Part shown: one piece after another, positions 48,990 to 64,000 of the stretch
Position numbering within the stretch: the stretch's first letter is position 1
How the letters are laid out: every line of letters starts with the position of its first letter
Source: Azolla caroliniana
Lineage: Eukaryota > Plantae > Polypodiophyta
DNA length: 64,000 nt
Assembly (NCBI GenBank): GCA_043228905.1
Contig: JBHGNT010000003.1
Coordinates: 18,910,001 to 18,974,000 of the forward strand
Direction: 5' to 3'
Notes under the pieces: generated by a model
What the model was told of the DNA's origin: nothing
The model's database searches: none
Seen by the model: the letters and a program-made list of their open reading frames with translations, nothing else
Translations under genes and position numbers: made by a program

Positions 48990-50630
48990 AGACTCTCCTC
49001 AATGAAATCTTGGACAATAGATACCCAATGTTGTTGAGTGTGAAACATGTCTTACAATAACGAAAATCTATGAGCCATCATATGCATAGATAAATCCAAT
49101 GTTGTAGTCCTCCCCACCCCCCAAGTGCTTAAGGGTTGTTAGATGGTTTCACACAATTTATGTTAGATGGTAACTTTCAATACAAGAACTTATACCTCAA
49201 CTTGTTAGTCATCCGTTCAATCAATTGGCCATTTGTAACATTCAATCACAATGGATACCTCAAGTGTTGAAAAATAGAGCATTTTTCAACCATGGATTCT
49301 TGTCATCCTAGACACTCCAAGTCCTTCATAGTATTGAGATGAGAAGAAACTTCCTCAAATTAATATGCTAGCCAAATGTGGAGGCAAATTGGTCCCATGC
49401 ACGCATTCTCTTCTCAAAATTCTCACATGACGCATGTATAACTTTATAAGCGTGAAAGGATTATCTACTAAAATATGTGCTACTAATTGTGCCCTAGATG
49501 GAAGGTGTAGACACATGATATCACCATTAGTTGTAAGCCTCGATAACGTCACCAACAAGGGATGAATAACTACATATAGCAAATACAATGGGATGAAGTG
49601 GGCATCCTTGACTAATAGATTTCATGAGGGCAATATTTGATAACTCCACCATTAAGCATTACTTAGGACATCGTATCTTGCCTTGATAAAAATATACGGC
49701 GAGGCATACCTAGGGTAAAGACCAATTGACGTGATCATAAGCTTTCTCTAAATCTAACTACACCCATAATTAATTGTTGATGAGTATGCTGCATATAATC
49801 CATGGTCATTTGAACATGACCCATCATTTGAACATGATGCACATTGTGCAAGATATTCCTAGTACCTACAATGAAACCTATTAGATTAGGTATATCAAGT
49901 TTAGCAAATATTTTGTAACTATTTGTCAAAGTACATTGTATGAAATACCACGTCAAAGAAATAGGTGTTGCCATCGTTGGAACTAATTTGATTGGGTTTT
50001 CGTACAAAGTACTTGGCAAATAGAGTACAAAATAATGGGGTGATGCCATCTTTGGAACTAATTTCATAAGACTAACCTACCACACCAAACTCCACAATAA
50101 AGGCATGCACTAAAAATCCCAACACTACTAGAACCATGAAGGGGGGCCTTTCACTTAAAACTTCATTTGTTAGGCCATCCCAACAAGTGCTCTTACTAGG
50201 AAGATGCCTAAAACCGTGTTCAGCTCATCCCTACAAAATGTGCATCTAATTCCTAACTAATCACCTCATAATACATTCAACTACAAAATAAAATTTATGG
50301 TATGTGATCTAATCACTTCATTAATCATAAACAATTGTGGGCCAATGAACACATTGTAATTATTGTAGCCGAATCCACTATCAATTCAGCCCCTTGCTTC
50401 ACATATACCACATTAGATCGCACATAAGCAAGATGAAGCATTGTAGCCAAATCCACTATCAATTCAGCCCCTTGCTTCACATATAACACATTAGATCGGG
50501 CATAAGCAAGATGAAGCACTTTAAAAAAAACAAATGAGATTTGACATTTGTTATTTGTACGCCCATCTTTGAGTTATCACATCGTGGAATAACGATAGCT
50601 TTGACATTGCAATGAAGAAAATGAGTTGAA
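48990..50630 (-). pseudogene. LINE ORF2 remnant, copy 3 (inverted)
   Basis: Reverse complement matches ~38900-40580 (LAYARSNVLYVKQG, NILHNVHHVQM, HPLLVTLSRLTTNGDI); contains an 81-bp tandem duplication at ~50362-50520. Confidence 0.8.
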
Positions 50631-51017
50631 AATCTCATCATGGGAAACATTAAAGTAAATTCCATTTTTAAGACAATGAAGTTTGCCCTATTACGTAAAA
50701 ACAAATGTGCAAAAACACACGAGACTGAAGGATATTTACGCTTATTAATCTTCATTGTGTGATAATTTTTATTCCGTAAGCAATGTACACATACAAAATT
50801 TGATGCATTCAACGAAGAACAAGATCATCATATTTGCAAAAACTCTCATGAATTCTTCTCTCAATTATTCTTTTCAAAATGTTATCCGAATTATCAAACA
50901 TGTGGTTTCTCGAAATGATGGAGCTAATCATGCCCTTAAACAATATCAAATGATCTAAAACAAATTCGTCGTTCATTATCCATGGCAAATAAATCACTTT
51001 ATGTGTTGGGCGGCTCA

Positions 51018-54000
51018 TTATAATGTTAGCTCATCAGGATTCTCCACAATAGCAGCAAATGTCTGTAAGAAGGCAGCCAGCTCCGCACCATATATAATCC
51101 TGTGGTCAGCTGTCACATTCACCTGCAACAAATTGTTAAAGTCATATATAATCATGAAAATTCAACTTGCATTGATTGAATCGTAAGCATTTCAAATCCT
51201 CATAAATATATGAGTAAATAAGTTAGGAATATATAATCATGAAAATTCAACTTGCATTGATCAAATCGTAAGCATTCCAAGTCCTCATAAACATATTGAG
51301 TATATACACATACTTGGTCTATGATTTTTAAGTGACATTTTAAAACACGAAATGTTACCTGCATTTGACTTTTCACTCCAAGTAGCCCATCAGATGTTGC
51401 AACCACTTTCTTTTGTGATGCTCCCACAGCCATAATTGCACCCTGGATAAGAGTTAACAAAGAAGGTAATGAAATCTAAACGATCAAATTATCAAAACTG
51501 AATTGAGTTTTCGCTGGTACTATCTAGAAGCAATCAAAAACATTATATCGTCGATAAAAACTCACTTAACTATTTTCTTCAAGTTTTGAAGAAATATGGC
51601 ATACCGTTCCAGGAGGCAAAATTGCATCAAATCGATCTACTCCAAACATTCCGAGATTCGATAGTGTAAAAGTTCCTGTAACGAGAAAATAAAAGTATTG
51701 TCAAGACACTATATTGAAGCACTCCCAATGAGTTAATTATAGTAATAGAGTAAAGCACTATTAGACCAATACCAGAGTTATATTCTTGCGGTTGTAATTG
51801 CTTGGCACGTGCCTTCTCGACTAGTTCTTTCCACTTGCTAGATAAAGCGTATAGATCGACCTACATGGCAAGAAAGACAATCAAACAAATCAAATCTAGA
51901 GAGAAAATTAACCTACATGACATGAATATATTCACTTAAATCCAGAGAAAATTGATATGCATCAACTCGCCATATCTAGTGTGTCAATCAAAACTACATG
52001 CCAAGATCATACTAAAGCATGGCTACAAAATGACCTACAGTGGAAATCAAACCATAGCTATATATGATGTGCATAAATCAACTCACATGCCAAAAAAGGC
52101 CCAAAAAGGTATCAAGTATATAACAAATCAACCTATTACCGAGAAAATATCAGTCAAGCCACAGATAGGCAAAAAGTAGAAAATTTTATTCACCAAGGAA
52201 GATATGCATCCAATAGAAAATTGATGCATTTATATGCCAAGAACATATCCATTAACCATGCAGAACTGGTACATTCATGGCAAGCACATGTATGCATCAA
52301 ATGATAAATCATAAAGAACTGATCCATGCAACCTTAGCAAAGGTAAAAAGGAGTGCCAAGATCAGCCTATATGCCAAGAAAATAATGCATCCAACCATAG
52401 AGAATCAAAACATGTTTACAATGGCAAGGAAAAAAGTAGTATTTACACCTATTCGCCAAGAAGATGTGCACCAAACCATCACATCAAATTGTCGTCTGGA
52501 TTGATACATGCACTTCAATTCGATTGCATCAAACCATCATATAAATTGACGCATGCATCAAACTATCTATCTATCAAGGGAATTCATACATGCATCAAAT
52601 CGATAAATTTCTTTTAAAGTATTGACAAATGCATACATTGTTGTTAAATTTGTGAAACAAAATGGGAAGACCTTATCAGCATTTTGAAGCACTGGAGTGA
52701 GGAGGCCACCATCCATGGCCACAGCAACTGCAATGTTGATATCACTATTGTATGTGAAGCTTTTCCCATCCTTGCAACTCGCATTCACACCTGGATGCCG
52801 GGCAAGTGCCAATGCCGTGGCTTTTGCTAGCAATGCTGTCATGGTCACTCCCTTGGATTTCACCTACAGGGAGAATTATATGATTTTTCATCATTAACTT
52901 ATGATTAATCAAAACTCAAACCTTAGTATTTCCATAACATCTCTTGGCACGGAGAGATGTCATGTAAATTTTTGTCTGAACAAGTATGCACACAGAAGAA
53001 TTATTTTGAAGTTTTTTCCTCCAAAGTAGCAGGAAATCCTGAACTTTTCTGTTGAGAGTATTTAGGAAAACTCTTGAGATTTTCTTGAAAATTAAAGACA
53101 CTTAATCTAAAATTTTGATTAAATTTTGTATAGTGTGAGAAAATCCCATACCTTCTTATAGAGAGCATCGAGAGCATCGGTGGAGATGGTGTATCCAACC
53201 CGAAACACGGGAACACTGAGACTCTCTACCATGTTCCTCGAAACCGCATTTTGCATAGTAGAGAATGGAACCGTGTTTCCAGAAGCTTCTGATAGCGACC
53301 TCCCTGCAGGGGCAGGGGCAGCTGCAGTGGTGGTTTTAGGCTCAACAACAGGTGGTTTTCCTGGCAGTGATTTCACTTCAAGGGGTTTTCCAGAGGATGA
53401 TGGGGTTCCGGGAAGTGGTTTTCCTGCAGCAATTGCCACATCTGCGGCAGTAATTCGTCCGAATGGACCCGAGCCCACGACAGAATCCACATTGACCTTG
53501 AATTGCTTTGCAAGTTTCTTTGCATAAGGTGTGGCTATGGTTCTTCGCGGCCCATCGTTATCAACAACAGGAGGTAAAGAAGAAGATGGGTTCTCAGCTG
53601 AACTTGACAATGGCCCATCATTAGGCAGAGATGGATTAGCTTGTACAACCACAGAGTCTTCAATGCTACTAGGGGGGTCTGTAGAAGAAGAAGAAGAAGT
53701 GACCGTACTTGTTAATCCTAGTCCTTGAGCTTTCTTCTTTGCTTCTTCAATCTCTTCCTCTGTCTCAGCAAGAAGAGCTATGGCAGCACCAACAGGAGCT
53801 ATTTCTCCTTCCCCCACGATGATAGAAGCTAAAATGCCATCATAAAATGTCTCCACATCCATATCTGCCTTATCAGATTCTACTACTACCACACTCTCGC
53901 CTTTGGATAGCTTGTCCCCTTCTGATCGTGACCAGGCCACGATCTTTCCTTCTGTCATGGTGGAGCTCAGGGCGGGCATGAAGATCTCTCTGATCCGAGA

Positions 54001-54198
54001 TTCGATTCTGGTGGTGATGGCAAGGGGTGGGGGTCGATGATGAAGGCGAGGGGGGAATGAAGGGATTCTCTTGCCCAAGAAAGCAGAAGAAAGAGAGGAA
54101 GAAGAAGAAGATGGAGATGGAGATGGAGATGGAGAAGAAGAAGAAGAACAGAAGACATGGTGATGGGTCATGATGGTCATGAAGGAAGAAGAAGCCAT
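51018..54198 (-). CDS. LTA2: Plastid pyruvate dehydrogenase E2, dihydrolipoamide S-acetyltransferase
   Basis: Ser-rich transit peptide; lipoyl domain (EIFMPALSSTMTEGKIV, ESDKADMDVE); E3-binding domain (ATPYAKKLA); catalytic TADHRIIYGA. Exons 53152-54198, 52672-52863, 51773-51860, 51605-51675, 51359-51442, 51018-51122. It may equally be the EMB3003-type paralogue. Confidence 0.95.
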
Positions 54199-54389
54199 GG
54201 ATAGACAGGAGAGAGAGAGAGATGGATCTCTGAAGAAGAAGATTGAAGAAGAAGAAGAAGAGAAAGGAGGATGCTCTGTTTTTGATAGTGCAAAGAATGA
54301 AAGGAGAAGGATTTGGTGAGACAGAGAGAAAGAAAGAGAAAGAGAAAGAGAGAAAATATGTATGTATTGTATTGCTATTGTATACATAC

Positions 54390-54427
<38 letters not shown>

Positions 54428-54689
54428 TTAGACATGCAAGAGACACACTGAGAAAAAGAGAGAGAGAGAGAGAGAGAGAGATTTCTTCCTCATGCAAATT
54501 GATGCCTTTTTTCTTTGGCTTTTAGCTTTCTTTGCTTTTCTGGGCTTTTTGCTTTCACTCATTTGAATCTCTCATGAGAGAGTGTCCAAGCAATCCAATC
54601 CTTACACTTTAGACCCCCCCCCTCCAGAACCCATTGCACTCTCACTCTGCGGGTTTTGTTCGGGTTTTTCTTACAACTCATACAGACCA

Positions 54690-54900
54690 AGAGCACCTTC
54701 GATGGCAAGTCCATCTCTCTTGCTGATTGCTCTCTTTCCCAGAACTGAGTACCTTCGATGGAAATCCATCTCTCTTGTTGATTGCCCTCTTCCCAGACTA
54801 AGCACCTTCGATGGAAATCCATCTCTCCTTGTTGATTACTCTTTCCCAAGACTGAACACCTTGAATGGAAATCCACTTCTCTTGTTGATTGCTCTCTTCG
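54690..54900. repeat. Tandem repeat, 4 x ~54 bp, upstream of the E2 gene
   Basis: GCACCTTCGATGGAAATCCATCTCTCTTGTTGATTGCTCTCTTCCCAGACT repeated with variation. Confidence 0.8.
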
Positions 54901-57349
54901 CCAACATATTGCCACCGGGCAAAGGTAGACATTCATTCATGGATAAGCCACGAAAGCATGCCATCTATATATGAAGTCTAGTTGTTCATGTCTCATGCCT
55001 TCCTCGAGCGAGTTTCTATCCGAAACCATTCTACGATCCGATGTCATGGACTTGTGGATCTTATGGCATTCATGTTGTTGCGTTCGTAATCTCACTTGTT
55101 CTCCTTGATAAAAGCCTCTTTTTTTGTTTTGGATGTGTTCAATTTGAAAGACAAGATGGCAATGTCTTCCATCCAATCAATATGGTTTAGATTTTCCTTT
55201 ATCCAACGAAATAGTGGCCAAAGCTTGTGATTCTCTTCAATTAAACATTCTCTTTGGATCGTCACTTGAACAAACAACACAATTTTCTTGCTCATTAAAG
55301 TCACGCTAGCATTTGATCGCCTATTAGGCTTGTGTTGATGTGTCGAGATGTAATCAAATTGTGCTAACAACCTTCTATATATTTGGTAAGACAACTAGTT
55401 GTAATGAGTAGCGAAGACTACAATTCAAAGTGATTTTGTAATGGATATGTAAAGTTAACAATGAAAGTAGATGTATGAAAGTGGACATGTAATGTGATTA
55501 TTTAACGCTTTCGTTTCATTGAGCCCATCCTTGCTTTTTCCCTTTTACATTACACTGTAAACATAATGAAGAGTTCACAAAATCATTTATACAACGCGAC
55601 AAGGCGAGGAGCTTAAGAAATTTACATATTGCTTTGCACGTACATTCATACTAATATCAACTTCGAGAAATCCCCTTTCCTCCTAACCTTTAACATCCTT
55701 TGCACATTTATGATGATAGCTCTAACATTCACATGGAGACGACCTATTTCATGAATAACTTAATGCCACTCTAAAACTCTACAAGAAAAGCACAAAAGCA
55801 ATTAGAGCGCACATCATCGATCACCTACCGAGAAAATTAAGTAGCAAACATTTATTGCTGCAATATACTTTCTAATGAATTGGAATGTCAATCATGTTCT
55901 AAAATCTAGTCGCAAGTCCAAGTGCTTAGAATATAGAATTTGGCAATCTCAAATTCAACATATCAACACATTTATGCATTCACACTTTATATCTATTTTA
56001 GTGTTTGAAATTTCAAGGGTTGTTGTGAGGTTTGGATACATAGTGTATATACATGTCATTCAAAAATCAACATTTGCAACTCCTGATTTTGCTATAGTTT
56101 ATGCATGGGTGACTATGATGAATAAGAAAATATATTTCAAATAGAAGCAAATAGAGTATGTGGAGATGCAATGCATAGCTTTGAAAGTTCCATGAGATGT
56201 GATTGATTACATATTGCAGTTTTTAAGTATTTATATAGTAGAGACATACACAACCTTGATAGCTATTTTAGAACTTAGCAAATGACGAAGGCCACTAGAA
56301 CACCCCACATGTACATTCATTTGGATAATATATCAACAAATCTAAGAGGACAACTAGGAAAAGTTTAGGCAAGCTTAATCATGTCATGAAGTGCATTGAG
56401 GACTTGTAATTCCTCCTAATAAAGTAGGGGACAAGTATTCAAAATTTTTGTACTAATCCATGAGTTAGCTTGAAAGAGCCTCAAGTGACTAATACTTAGA
56501 ATTAGTGGTATGTTACTTGGCGCAATATGTATGCGAACAAAACATTTCACTCCCCTAGAGGCTAGAGCTTCAACTCCACTTTGTCATGCCCAATAAATTG
56601 TTGTGAGTTTAGTTGATGTTACACATAAGCAAAGTAGTAAAAAGGCTAAAGCAAGTCATGTGTGCATGAGAATGTTGCTCCCTTTATACACACCAACGAG
56701 TGCATCAACAAAGTGTGAGGCCAGACTTAACTTAGTATAGAGCACACTTAAAAAAGGGGAATAGGGAGACAATTGGCAGTAGTCTAGTACACTGAGAAAT
56801 ATAATTATTAGGAGTTGAAACCACAACATGCGCATTGAGATGTAGTAACTCCAAACGTTGAATCTTTAAAATCTTAAACTTCGATGTACTATCAAGGAAG
56901 TAATAGGAGAAAAGAAAGATATTTGAAACTAGGTAATGGAAACAGGAAAATACAGGTCAAGGAAATCGAGATGGAAATGAACGAGAGGGGTGGGTGACAA
57001 ACAACAAGAAAACAATTCGAAACAACAAATAAATAATTTGTGTGTTTCTACTCATGCGTGGCGGGGTAAAAATGGAGGGGAACGATCCTCTAGTTCTCGA
57101 TAAAATAAAGCTAAAACTCACGTGAGCGATCCCAGTGTTAGCAGGGCGGGCAAGGAGGCAGTCCAACTAGCCGCGACACTCCTCTTCTTTTTTTTGCTTC
57201 GTACGAGCAAAACGTGGATCATGGGCGAGCCCAACACTTTCATCGGTTGGAGCTCGTGTATGCATAATAATATGCATCATGTGTGAATGAAGCTCGGTTC
57301 GTGCCACCGAAACCGAGCACCCCCCGGGGAATCAATGCCACTGCTCATA

Positions 57350-57376
57350 CCCTAAACCCTAAACCCTAAACCTAAA
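57350..57376 (+). promoter_or_regulatory. Telo-box cluster (CCCTAAA)3 upstream of HINT2-like gene
   Basis: CCCTAAACCCTAAACCCTAAACCTAAA ~300 bp before the ATG; AAACCCTA telo-boxes are known plant housekeeping-promoter elements. Confidence 0.55.
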
Positions 57377-57517
57377 TTGTAGCCACTTTCTATAGTGTAG
57401 TTAGTGCCCACACACACACTTTTTTTGTGTGCCCACAATTTCTCTGCTCAATCCATCACTTAATAATTCATAGGAGAAAGAAACAGACAGAGAGACAGAC
57501 ACAGAGAGAAGAGAGAG

Positions 57518-57548
<31 letters not shown>

Positions 57549-57554
57549 GCAGAG

Positions 57555-57626
<72 letters not shown>

Positions 57627-57655
57627 CCTTGTCGAAGATACATAATCAGGAGGAC

Positions 57656-63613
<5,958 letters not shown>

Positions 63614-64000
63614 GTGAGTCACAGAACAGTGCCTAATAGATTGAGCTATTAGTAGTTGGCATTAAGATCCTCACTTTAGGTTGTATTCAGCCATCTTCTT
63701 TGTAATAAGGATTGTTGAGGTTGTGTCAATCCTTTTCTTTATAGAATTGTAGATAATTTTATCCATTATCTTTATAAAGATTGCTGAGTTTGTCCAAGTG
63801 GGTCTTGTGCAAGAAGACTTCGATCTTGTCGTACTTATTTTGGGTATTCTAAGATCCTTTCTTCCTACAAATTTCTTTAGTGCAGTGAATTCAGACATCC
63901 TTTATAATATCTTTATTATTCTCTCCAATAGGTCCAAAGGAGTAAAAAGAATAACAAATCACCACACAAGTTTATACACATATACACAAAGTTATAAAAA

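Noticed and set aside
54199-54435. N-terminal extension of the E2 ORF in the track
   Set aside because: Translated microsatellite/5' UTR; the ATG at 54198 starts a typical transit peptide.

Overview
Land-plant nuclear DNA, probably a fern or other non-seed plant; this is inferred from the PLS-class PPR gene, the Tcn1-like chromovirus and the abundant (GA)n. Host genes sit at both ends. On the left is a class-3 lipase (-). On the right are the plastid pyruvate dehydrogenase E2 subunit (LTA2-like, -) and a HINT2-like gene (+) whose first intron holds a complete intronless 782-aa PPR ORF on the same strand. The ~7-51 kb between them is a retroelement nest. A Tcn1-like chromovirus has its gag split by a solo LTR, which is split by a tRNA-Trp-primed Gypsy remnant, which in turn carries an intact Copia and another solo LTR. 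Three more Copia elements and several decayed copies of one LINE family follow. Main observations: the PPR nested in HINT2 with a splice donor at its stop codon; antisense tRNA-like A/B-box modules in the U3 of three different LTRs; NCGN 4-bp target sites at TGTCGTG-type LTR ends; a Tf1-type self-priming signature; and a palindromic unit arrayed between variable (GA)n spacers. All alignments were done by eye.
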